A stretch of DNA of 64,000 nucleotides from the NCBI GenBank assembly GCA_025594325.1, contig JANHCV010000006.1:310001-374000 (forward strand). The letters are read 5' to 3'. A program made the translations under genes and the position numbers. Below are positions 12,686 to 23,045 of this stretch, in pieces; the first letter of the stretch is position 1; each line of letters begins with the position of its first letter. This DNA is from Blastocladiella emersonii ATCC 22665. Its lineage: Eukaryota; Fungi; Blastocladiomycota. Below the pieces are notes generated by a model that worked only from the letters and a program-made list of their open reading frames with translations, searched no databases and was not told where the DNA came from.

Positions 12686-13131
12686 GTCGGTAGCGCGGTT
12701 GGATTTGATAAGTTGATATTGTGATAGTGGAATGAAGCAAAGTAGCGGCGCTCGCGCAGTGCGGACACGCGGTGCTGCTGACCAGCGGTGCGAGGCATTA
12801 CAATGGTCGGAATGCTGAATTGGATCCCGTTTGGAAGGACGAGAGCCGGCTCATGACAGGAATCAAGCAGGCGCCGGAAGCTACACCACGCGCGTCACCA
12901 TCCACACGGGCGCCGCCGCCACCTCAAACCGGGTTCACAGGGCGTGGAGTAGCCCATTGACATTTTTGAGAGACTTGGAGTTCATTGCAGCAAGTTATTG
13001 AGCGTATAAACCAGTAATCCATTCCGAGCCGGGCGCGAGAGTTTGACGGGTTGCGCCACGCGTCGTTCAAATCGGCGCGCGACGTCGCAGCGGGTCCACG
13101 CTCCCGCACCGGCCCCGTCTAATTAATCACC

Positions 13132-14949
13132 ATGGAAACCAATGAATCACCGCCGCTCCCCGAGCTCCCGCTTGAGCTATGGCATACAATCATCGACCAC
13201 GTCTTGGACGGCAGCCGCCGCTGCGACGACCCCCACGATCACTGGCGCTGGGACCTGCTTCGCATTGGCGGTCTTTGCCGCACCGCATACGCTGCAACAC
13301 GCTCGATCCTCTTACGCGAGCTCATCATTCCACTTCGGAGTAACTTCAACCTCGAGCTTCCGTCCGATTGTGGCGGTGTGGCGCCAGCTGCTCTCCCGTT
13401 TCCCGCTCTGCGGAAATGCGTCGATGCTCAAGACCCCTTGCTTACAGTGGTCGCGAGTATCACGCAACTCAAAGGAGTTTTCCCATACGTCGTCCTTAAC
13501 GACACGCTTTATTTCGCGACTCTTGCTCGCGATGGCGGCACTGTGGAGCGGGTTCAACTCGCGCTGCAACGGCTGTGGTCCAGCTTTATCCAGCCTGCCG
13601 CACTCAACAACCTTCATGGCCTTGTCCGCGACGGGCTCGTCTTGATCCCCTTTCCTCTCAGCATTGTGACAAGCGTAGCCCTTGTCGACCCGCACTCGTG
13701 CGACGTGCGCCTCACCCGACTCGTTGGTGACCAGCAGTGGCGATCCCTGCCGTTCTTACATCAGCTCAACGCTCGCGCAATTCGCACGCTCGTGTTTGTT
13801 TTCAACGCCGGCGACGCACCCCAGCTATTGGGCTCGATTTCACGCATGTTCCCCCACGCCTTGACTGCTCGCCTTGTGAACTTGGAGGAGGCCGGCATAC
13901 GCGACGTTGTCATTCCTTTGTGTGTGCGTAACCTTGACTACGAGGCGTGTAATTTCAGCGAGAATCTTCGGCCCGCCATCCAGTTTTTGCGTTTGACCTC
14001 GGAAGAGATGGACGGGCTACGCCAAGCCGGTCTCGCATCTCTCATTGGCGATCGCGTACCCGCTGATGCGCCGGACAATGATGTTGCACCAGGCGCTAAA
14101 CTATTCAAGAAAATTTCTTACCGCCGCATTCGCTCATTGACCTTGCGCGGAGCCGGTGGCGAGTTTTGGTCCCTCGGCGAGATCCTTACGCACCCTCACA
14201 TCGAGAAGCTTAGCTTGCTCGCGGGCCGCGACATCAAGCTGACCATCACGTCGCCCTTCGCGTATCCCAACTCAACCCCCTTCCTTGTGAGCATGCCGAA
14301 CCTTCGCTACTTTGAGATCACATTTGCGCTCCTCGCTGCGATCTAACGTCTTCACGGCGGGGGAGAGCACGCCGCCACGAACTGGCAAGGTCAGTCGCAA
14401 AGCTGGGAGTACGGAGAAAATCCGTTCCCGTCCTTGGAAACTCTTGTCCTTGTCAACTCCGGTTCCGTTTGCCGCTGGCTCAACACGACGACTTGCGATC
14501 ATTATTGTCGGCAGTACTTCCTGAGCGACAAGGCGTTGCGCCCTTGGGCCGACGCGCGCAACCTGCGCGAACTCGTCGTACGACCCAATGTTATTGACTG
14601 CGCGCGACGTGTTCGTATTGAGCAGGACACGTTGAGCTTTATTGGGCGCCAATTCCCCCAGCTCCAGCGCTTAATTCTACCCCTGCCCATACTGCATGCG
14701 CAGGAGTCGCCCCAGCAACCGAGTTCGGTCTCGCTCCCTAGCCTTCAAGAGCTTGACGCGGACGCTTCCGTGTGCGAGGCCTTGTGCAATACAGAGCTTC
14801 CAGCGCTGCGCAAGTTCACAGTGCGTGGCTCGATCGATTGGCGTCCTGAAGCGGTCTGGCCGACCGTCACCAAGGTCGCCTTCCACGATGGCGAGGCGTA
14901 CAGCACTGGCCTTGAACCCGTGCGGAAGCTGCCAAACCTCCTCGCTTAG
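13132..14949 (+). pseudogene. F-box + LRR gene with one in-frame TAA (14344-14346); nonsense allele, or stop removed by a possible 108-nt intron
   Basis: F-box motif LPELPLELWHTIIDHVL and LxxLxL repeats. ORFs 13132-14346 and 14434-14949 are in the same frame, with only one stop between them. Confidence 0.65.
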
Positions 14950-15248
14950 CGGTCGGTAAGCACATCTTCTCTCTGCTATCAACCCTCACGCTCACATCGA
15001 TTTTCTCACGCTTCTCGTCCCTCTCACGCTTCTCGGCCCTTTCGCTCAGGTTCTGCATTGACGCGCAGTTGATGGTCGTTGGCACCATCCAAGCTGTCCG
15101 TGTTCGCATGTTACTCGCCGTGATCGTCAGATCCTGTTCAATATATGGATTTTCCTCCCCAGGACTGCTAGTCATACCTGACTTGACACATGTTCTTGAA
15201 CCCAGCGGCCAAACGAGTTCGCTCATCGCACGCAAAACAGTGATCGCG

Positions 15249-15380
15249 GTCGCCGCGACGACCATAGACATCCCGCGACGCGTGGCCGCGACGGCCATGG
15301 ACCTCTCGCGACGTGTGGCCGCGACGGCGAAGGACCTGTCGCGTCGCGAGGCCGCGACCGTCGACAGGCTCGCGCCGCGG
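15249..15380. repeat. 33-bp minisatellite, 4 degenerate units (core GTGGCCGCGACG)
   Basis: Units start at 15249, 15282, 15315 and 15348. Confidence 0.85.
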
Positions 15381-15766
15381 ACCGGCTCGTCAAACTTTGC
15401 GCGGCTCCTGCGTGCAGACCACGTTGCGCGCCGATCAAGTCCAGCGCGGCCGTGGTCACAGGCGACTTGCCAATGCGACCCAACGAGGCCAGCGAGTTTG
15501 TTGCGTTCATGGTGACCATGGCCACACTCCTTCTCCAAGCGCCATCGCGGCTGCCGTGTGCCGCACGCCTTTCATGTGCCAGATGCCGTCCAGGTGATCG
15601 CCCGCGCCCGTCAATCACATGTCGCGAGACAAGCTTGAGCAGCTTCCGTTTCTATCATTTGGCGTGCCAATGAAGCACCGCTCCTTGCCGGAACTCAATG
15701 CGGATGTCAAGTATCAAATAAAATAAAGTGTATCCCTTCTCTTGCAACATCACGCGGAGCCCGCCG

Positions 15767-17152
15767 TCATCTAGAGATGGTGCGGTACGACGACGGCGGG
15801 GTCCCGAGGCTATTCCCACCGCCGCTGCCCTTGTTGTCGCGGGCGAGGGCCGCCTGCGCGTCGAGCCGCAGGTTCTTGGCGTGGTTGATGAGCTACGCGG
15901 GTCGCAGGCGAGGTCAGTACCCTGCCATTGCACAGTAACAGCAGCGCGACGACGTACGTTATCCATGTCGGCAGGCTTGAACGGGAGCCGGCGCAGGAGG
16001 GCGAGGATCTCGGACGACTCGAGCTCCTCGAGCTCCTCCTTGAGCTGGTACATGGCGGCGAGGCAGACGAACGGGTGGAGGTCGAGTGCGCCGCTTGCCG
16101 CGCTCGCGTCGCCGCTGCCGCCGTCGAGGTCGCGGGCCTGGCCCCTGCTGCTGCCAGTTGCGCTGCTGCTAGTCCCCGCAAACGCGCCGTCGTCGGTGCT
16201 CGAGGGACTCGTTGGTGCGGCGGCAAAGTACACGTCCCACAGGCGCAGGAGCGAGGCGAGGGGCAGCTCGCGGGCGAGCCCGTAGCGCAGCCAGCTCGGC
16301 AGCCACTCCTTGGCGTCGACCTCCTCCTCGTCGAGGTAGTTGTACAGGTCGGGCAGCGCGGACCGCAGCAGCGCCGACAGCTCGACGACGTGTTGGCCGA
16401 TCGGGCGCGAGTAGAACTGGGCGTCTACACCGGGCAAGGGCGGTTACCAGGCTGTTCGGTCGAATGACCAGCGGGACTGCGTACCGAGCCTGCGCATGAC
16501 GGCCTCGAAGCAAAAGTAGACGTCGCGCTCCTCGCGGAGACTAGCGACGAGCGGGGCGAGCACGTTGATCCACGCGGGCGCGTACTCGAGGTCGGATCCG
16601 GATCCCGATCCGGCGGACCCGTATACGGACGACAGCGACGCGAACGAGTGCAGGTAGGCGGCGATGACGCGCTCAAAGACGGCGCGCACGGCGTCGAGCC
16701 CGACAGCCTCGGCGAGCTGGGCGAACTCGGGCACGCGCCGCAGGTAGCGGTTGACCTCGCCGCGGACCAGCTTGGCGCAGTACGCGGCGGTGCCCGAGGC
16801 TGCGGCCGCCGTGCACAGCGACTCGTACGCGACGCTGCGTGCGCGCGCCGCTGACACCTCGTGGGCTACACGGCGCGGGTGTAGTTTTGAGCGATTGCTC
16901 ACCCGGTGCGAGAGCAGCGCAGGAGGGGAACGTACACCGGTCGGCCGGACACACGCCGAGCAGGTACCGCCACACCTCGCCGCGGAACTCGTCGGGCACG
17001 CCGTGGTGCCGCGCGAGGTCGCGCACGCGCGCCACGTCGACGACCACCTCGGCCGACAGCAGCTCCGTGTACTCGTCGACCAGCGTCATGTTGCTGAGCG
17101 CCGCCGCCGTCGCGGCCGCCATCTTGGCTGCCTGGGATGCTGCGAGCGCCAT
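15767..17152 (-). CDS. TBC-domain Rab-GAP-like protein, 3 introns
   Basis: VDVARVRDLARHHGVPDEFRGEVWRYLLG, LPDLYNYLDEEEVDAKEWLPSWLRYGLARELPLASLLRLWDVYF, LHPFVCLA. Spliced to a TGA at 15767-15769. Confidence 0.85.
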
Positions 17153-18373
17153 GGTGCGGATAGTGTTGTTGCGGGCGGGCGAGCGAGCGAGGGCTGAGAG
17201 TGGGGTTCGTTTGCGGGCGTGAGTGTGCGTTCGGCCGGGCCGGGGCACGGGCGGGCGGGCGCAGTGCAGAGAGTCGGAGCAGTCGGCGGGGACGGCGGCC
17301 AGAGTTACATGGGCAGCGAGGGGCCGGCGGGGGGAGAGCGAGGCGAAGGTGGCGAGGGCGCCCGCTTCGACAAGGACAAGCACGCCGTGCCGTGCGCTGT
17401 GCCCGTGGGAGACACCCCCATCAACGAGCGAGCGCCTCGCTCGCGCTCCGCTGAGCTGGCTGGGGTCGAGGGCGGGAGACGGTGGTGGCGGGAGCGGCTT
17501 CGCGCACCTTGAACGGCGGAGCTCGCGAGGATGAAGGCGGCGCGGGCGTAGGTTGGGCGGCCGCGAGCTGGAGGCGGAGGTCCGTCGGCGAGCTGGGAGG
17601 GAGGAAGAGCGAGGATGGGATGAGCGGCGAGCGCTGGGTGATGTTCCCAAAGGCTGTTTTGTTGTTTGAGGAGGGACCCTGCTCGCTGTGGCGGAAGAAG
17701 CGACCGCGGGCTCCGCCCGAGTTTCGAACCCCGCGCCGGAGCTGAGCCACGCCCCACACCTTCAATCCGAGCTCCAACTTCTCAGATGTTTGTGCGCGAC
17801 CTTGCGCGAGACCGAGCTTCGCGGCCAGCTCATCACGATGGTCGACAGGTTGCTGCGGCGGCTGTGCACTTGTGCCGGCTGGCTGGCGCCGGACTTCGTT
17901 CATGCACGCCATGCCGCGCGAGCCGCTGCCGCGGGCGAGCGTGATGCCATCCATCCCTGATCGACTCTTGTCCCGCGCGACTCGGATCCTGACGACGACG
18001 GGCGTCGTACACTGCATGAACTTTAGAGTCGAGATGGGCCGGCTGTACGTCATCGGCTCGTCGGCCTACTCAGCATTCGGCCCCACGCGACCATAGCCTT
18101 CGCTTCGGTGAGCTGCACTCCCTTGCTTGAGCTGACGTGAAGCGAGGGTTTGGACCGTCGCCGCATGACGTTATCGATGCATCATCACATCTCCTCGCAC
18201 GTGATCACGCGCTGCGCCACATCAAGAAGGCGTGCGACGGTTTGGGGGCACGCCTGGAAGCGAAGTCTGAGCTGGTGTACTCGCTTCGATATTTCAGTGC
18301 TGTCGGTGATTAGGGTAGTGCAATTGCTTTCGCATCTTGTATAACAAACCAGATTCAAAATTGACATGACAGC

Positions 18374-19201
18374 TTACATGGCAAGCAGGCCCGCACCGAC
18401 GACCGCGACGACCGCCGCCGCAACACCAGCGCGACCCTGGCCCGCGGCGCCCGACTTGGACGCGGCCTCGAGCTGGTTCGCGTATGCGGTACCGCCGCCG
18501 GCCGTCTTGGTCGAGTAGCTGTACCCCGCGCCGCCAGCCCCAGCGCCAGCACCCGCGCTCGCGCCAGGGCGAGGACCCGCGACCTGCGTCGGGACCGCGC
18601 CGCTGCCGTTCGCGCCGTCGTACACGGCCGTCGTGACGCCGGGACCCGCCGTGACCGCGGCCGCGCCGTCGAACGGAGCCGTCACCGCGCCGGCATTGCC
18701 GTTCCCGTTGTAGCCGCCGCCGATGTTACCGCCGACCTGGCCCGTCGCGACGGGCGGGTTGACGATCCCCGTGGCCGTCGGGAACGCGCCGGCCGAGCCC
18801 GTCTGGAACCCGGCGCCGGGGACGCCCGTGTTGCGGTTGTTCCACGACGGCAGGCTCGTCGTCACGCTGCCCCACGCGCCGCCGTTCGGCGAGGTCGGGA
18901 CGGGAGCAGGGACGCCGGGCGCGGGAACGCCGGGGAGCGGCGCGGGAGCGCCAGGAGCGGGGACGCCGGGGGCCGGGACGGGAGCGGCAGCACCGCCGCC
19001 GTTGCCATTGTACCCGTAGCCGCCGCCCGCGTTGTAGCTGGCACCAGCACCGGGAGCCGGGACGGGAGGAGCGCCACCGGAGGCGGGCGCGGCCTCCTCG
19101 CCGTGCGAGTGGTCGCCGGCTTCGTCGCCGTGGGGAGCCGCCGTCACCGAGTTGGCCACGGCCAGCGAAGCGAGGAGAGCGAAGAGGATGGTGGGCTGCA
19201 T
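18374..19201 (-). CDS. Secreted, probably GPI-anchored Gly/Ala/Pro-rich surface protein
   Basis: N-terminal signal peptide (MQPTILFALLASLAVANSVTAAP), low-complexity body, and a hydrophobic C-terminus after small residues (SGAAG...VAVVGAGLLAM). Confidence 0.8.
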   Translation of the reverse strand: MQPTILFALLASLAVANSVTAAPHGDEAGDHSHGEEAAPASGGAPPVPAPGAGASYNAGGGYGYNGNGGGAAAPVPAPGVPAPGAPAPLPGVPAPGVPAPVPTSPNGGAWGSVTTSLPSWNNRNTGVPGAGFQTGSAGAFPTATGIVNPPVATGQVGGNIGGGYNGNGNAGAVTAPFDGAAAVTAGPGVTTAVYDGANGSGAVPTQVAGPRPGASAGAGAGAGGAGYSYSTKTAGGGTAYANQLEAASKSGAAGQGRAGVAAAVVAVVGAGLLAM

Positions 19202-19582
19202 CTTGATGGTTTAGATTTGAAGCGACCAGCGCGTGGAGTTGATGGGTTGGTTGGTGATGGAAGAAGAGGCGACCTGCGCTGTTGAAGAGCTCGAGTCGGG
19301 GAGGTCGGGGACCTCGCCGCGCTTTATACTTTTGAACTCGCCCACACCCATGCCCTCGATTTGGGCGTGGCGAGGGACGTCATATGAAGCGGCGCGCGAG
19401 CCACCTCGTCCCGCACACGCGTTTACACCAGCCTCGCAGCGGATGGCGTGACTGATTTCGCCGGACAAGGGACATTAGTTATTGCGTGGCGGCCGATGAC
19501 AGCGAGAACGTGACAGGTGTGATGGTCGACACGATTGAAGGGAGTGCGAGGTGACAGGCGCGATGACGCGACGGTGAGCGGT

Positions 19583-19875
19583 GCGATGGCCATGGTCGTG
19601 GCCATCGTCCGTGGTCAGCGGAGGGGCACTCGCTGGACGCGACGTTAAGCGGCGCGACGGCCAAGTTCGCCGCCATTGTCCATGGTTACCTGTAGGTCAC
19701 TCGCGAAACGGACGCGACTTTGAATGACGCGATGGCCGTGGCCGCGACGATCGTCCATGAACAGCGGGAGGTCGCTCGCAACTCGGAAGCGGCGTTGGGC
19801 GGCGCGGTGGTCATGGTCGCGGCCGTCATCAACATTCGGCGGAAGGTTGCTCGCGACTCGTAGAGATCGTTCGGA
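19583..19875. repeat. About 75-bp degenerate tandem repeat, 4 units
   Basis: Units start at 19583, 19654, 19729 and 19804 (GCGATGGCC...GTCCATG...GGTCRCTCGC...). Confidence 0.75.
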
Positions 19876-19928
19876 AGGAGCCATGGAGTAGAATGAATAG
19901 AGAAATTTCGATGTATATATGCACGAAT

Positions 19929-21281
19929 TTACATGACCAGGAACCCCGCGCCAAGGGCAGCGAGCACTGCAAACGATCCCGACGCGGACGAGCCCGCCGC
20001 GTCGTTGACGCTCGACTCGTTCTGGGTGCCGGCCTCGCGGACGGGATTCTCGGCCGATGGGGACTCGGTCGGCTGCGCGGCCGACGGCGACTCGCCGCTG
20101 CCGCTACCGCCGTAGCCCGACTCGGCCGTCGACGTGGGTGCGCTGACGGTCGGGACCTCGGCCGCGTCGAACGGCGCTGTCTGCGCGGGCTGCGTCATCT
20201 CGGGCGCCGGGACCGTGGGCATCGGTTCCGAGGGGATCGTCGTGATAAAGCTGCCGCCCCCACCGCCGCCGCCCGCACCACCACCCGAGCCGCCGCCTGC
20301 GCCGCCTCCGACGACAGTCGTGACGGAGCCCGTCTCGGTCGGCTGCACGATGGTGCCCGTCTGCACGCCGGTCGAAATCCGGCCCGTCTCGAAGCGCGTC
20401 GTGAAGCCTCCGCCACCGCCCCCACCGCCTCCACCCTGCCCGCCGCCGCCGCCCTGGTGCCCTCCGCCGTTGTTGCCGCCGCCGTTTCCGCCACCTGCAT
20501 GGCCGCCGCCCATGGTGCTGGTCGCGACGAAGGTCGACGAGGCCTCGAAGCGCGACGACGTGATGAACCCGCCGCCGCCGCCCCCCGCTCGGCCACCACC
20601 ACCGCCCCCGTTGTTTCCGTGGCCGCCTCCGTTGTTTCCGTGGCCGCCACCACCACCACCACCACCACTGACGATCGTGGTCGTCGCGGCGAACGAGGTC
20701 GAGGAGGCGAAGGTCGAGGTGAAGAAGCTCGACGACTCGAACCGCGACGTGATGATGACGACGTTTCCGCCATTCCCGCCGCCCGCACGGCCGCCATTGT
20801 TGCCGCCCTGGTTGCCGCCCTGATTTCCGCCCTGGTTTCCGCCGTTGCGGTTGTTGTTGCACGGGATGCAGTTCGGGGGCGGGGTCGGGCCCGGGACGAT
20901 GATCTGCGAGACGACGGTCGTGACGATCCCGCCGCGGTTGCCCCCCTGGTTTCCGCCCTGGTGTCCCCCGTTGCGGTTCTGGTTGTTGTTGTTGTTGTTA
21001 TGGTTATTGTTGTTGTTGTGGTTGTTCTGGTTGTTGTTCTGGTGGCCCTTCTTCAGCTTCTTCTTCTTCTTGAACGTGGCGATCGCCGGGTCGTCGTCGT
21101 CGCCCTCGGCCTCATCGGCCGCCGGGATCTCGGGGACAGGAGCCGCGCCAGGCGCTGCGGGAGCCGGTGCGTGATCGGCGACCGCGACGACGCCGTCGGG
21201 CTGCGGGAGCGCGGCGACCGCGAGGAGGATCGCCGCGACGAGGAGCAGCGGGTGCGCGAACTTGGTGGTCGAAGCGCGCAT
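19929..21281 (-). CDS. Secreted, probably GPI-anchored Gly/Asn/Thr-rich repetitive surface protein
   Basis: Signal peptide MRASTTKFAHPLLLVAAILLAVAALP, poly-N and GGNQ repeats, repeated ITSRFE(S/A)S units, hydrophobic tail FAVLAALGAGFLVM. Confidence 0.8.
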   Translation of the reverse strand: MRASTTKFAHPLLLVAAILLAVAALPQPDGVVAVADHAPAPAAPGAAPVPEIPAADEAEGDDDDPAIATFKKKKKLKKGHQNNNQNNHNNNNNHNNNNNNQNRNGGHQGGNQGGNRGGIVTTVVSQIIVPGPTPPPNCIPCNNNRNGGNQGGNQGGNQGGNNGGRAGGGNGGNVVIITSRFESSSFFTSTFASSTSFAATTTIVSGGGGGGGGHGNNGGGHGNNGGGGGGRAGGGGGGFITSSRFEASSTFVATSTMGGGHAGGGNGGGNNGGGHQGGGGGQGGGGGGGGGGFTTRFETGRISTGVQTGTIVQPTETGSVTTVVGGGAGGGSGGGAGGGGGGGSFITTIPSEPMPTVPAPEMTQPAQTAPFDAAEVPTVSAPTSTAESGYGGSGSGESPSAAQPTESPSAENPVREAGTQNESSVNDAAGSSASGSFAVLAALGAGFLVM

Positions 21282-21761
21282 CTCGGTGATCTTGATGAAG
21301 GAGCAAATCCGCCAGGGACCGCTAGAGGGGATGGATGGGTTGGATGATGAGGAAGGACCAGGGAGAGCCAGCTCCAAGGTTGCGTCAAGAGAGCAAGCGG
21401 GTCGAGGGCGGCCACGAACTTTGTAGTCCTCGCACGGGCGGAACGACCGCCAGCGGACAAGGCGGGCCGTCCGACCAGCCACGCCGCTGCACAGCGCTGC
21501 ATTCAGGCTTGCTGTAATGACGACAACGAAGCACACACAATCCTCCACACACAAGCCCCGCAGGGCGAGGTGGCGCAGCACGTCGTTTGTGCGGGACGAG
21601 TTGGGCTCGCACGTGAAGCGATCAGCGCTGTGGCGCCTCGCCTCGCCGGCCGGCTGCTGCGGCCGCCCACGCCACTCCGCGCGCGTCGCTCACGCCATGA
21701 AGGGAACCCCGCTCGGCGGATAGCCAACTGCATGCATCTGAACTTTTGAAACGGACCGATC

Positions 21762-22971
21762 ATGTCGCCGTCGCCGAGCGAGAAACTGCGGGACCCGGCG
21801 AGCCGCCTTCTCGTCGCCAAGCACATCGAGTACATCAAGTCGCTCGACGACGTCCGTGTCCCTCCGCCCGCTCCAGACCACCGCTCTCCGGGCCCCTTAC
21901 GTCCCCGATCTGTAGCAAAAAGACGACCTCGAGTACTGGCTGACCGAGCACCTGCGGCTCAACGGCGTGTACTGGGGCGCGACGGCGCTGAGCCTGCTGG
22001 GCGCGCCCGACGCGCTCGGCCGCGACGGCGTCGTCCAGTTCACCATGTCGTGCTACAACGCCGACGACGGCGGGTTCGGCGGCTTCTCCGGCCACGACTC
22101 GCACATGATCTACTCGCTGTCCGCAATCCAGATCCTCGCCATGCACGACGCGCTCGACGCGCTGCCTGACCGCGAGAAGACGGTTCAGTGTACGTTTTAC
22201 CGGCTCGGGGCGTCTCGTACGAGGGCTAACGCGTGTCCTCGGTAGTCTTTGCGTCGCTCCAGAAGCCCGACGGCTCGTTCACGGGCGACAAGTGGGGCGA
22301 GGTCGACACGCGGTTCTCGTACTGCGCCGCGTCTGCGCTCACGATCCTCGGCCGCGTCGACGCCATGGACGTGGACAAGGCCGTCGAGTTTGTCCTCGCG
22401 TGCCAGAACTTTGACGGCGGGTTCGGCATGGTCCCTGGCGCCGAGTCGCACGCTGCCATGGGTACGCTACAGCCCCCCGCGTCCACCACGACGACTCACT
22501 GACCTGGCTCGTGTAGTCTTCTGCTGCGTCGGCGCCCTCCACCTTCTAAACCGCCTGTCCTCCGTCCCGAACCTGTCCGCGCTCGGCTGGTGGCTGAGCG
22601 AGCGCCAGCTGCCGAACGGCGGGCTCAACGGGCGGCCCGAGAAGCTCGAGGACGTGTGCTACTCGTGGTGGGTGCTGTCTTCGCTGGCCATGCTCGGCAT
22701 GGTCGCGTGGATCAACCGCGACAAGCTCATCGAGTTCATCTTGAGCGCGCAGTACGAGAAGGGCGGGTTTGCCGACCGCCCCGGACACCGCCCAGACGTC
22801 TTCCACACGCTGTTCGGGATCGCTGGGCTCTCGCTGCTCGGTTTCCCGGGGCTGGAGTCGGTGGACCCGACGTACTGTATGCCGACGGGCGTCATCCGCA
22901 AGCTCGGGATCGAGCGCGCACCGCTCGCCGCGACATCGGCGACGGAGGCGGCGGAACTGGCCAAGCAGTGA
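21762..22971 (+). CDS. BET2: Rab geranylgeranyltransferase (type II) beta subunit, 3 introns
   Basis: [101 protein letters not shown]. Confidence 0.95.
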
Positions 22972-23045
22972 GCTGACTCGGATGAGTGGGATAGATGATA
23001 TACGATTCATGGCTTGACACTTCACATACAGAAAACAACAGCGGC

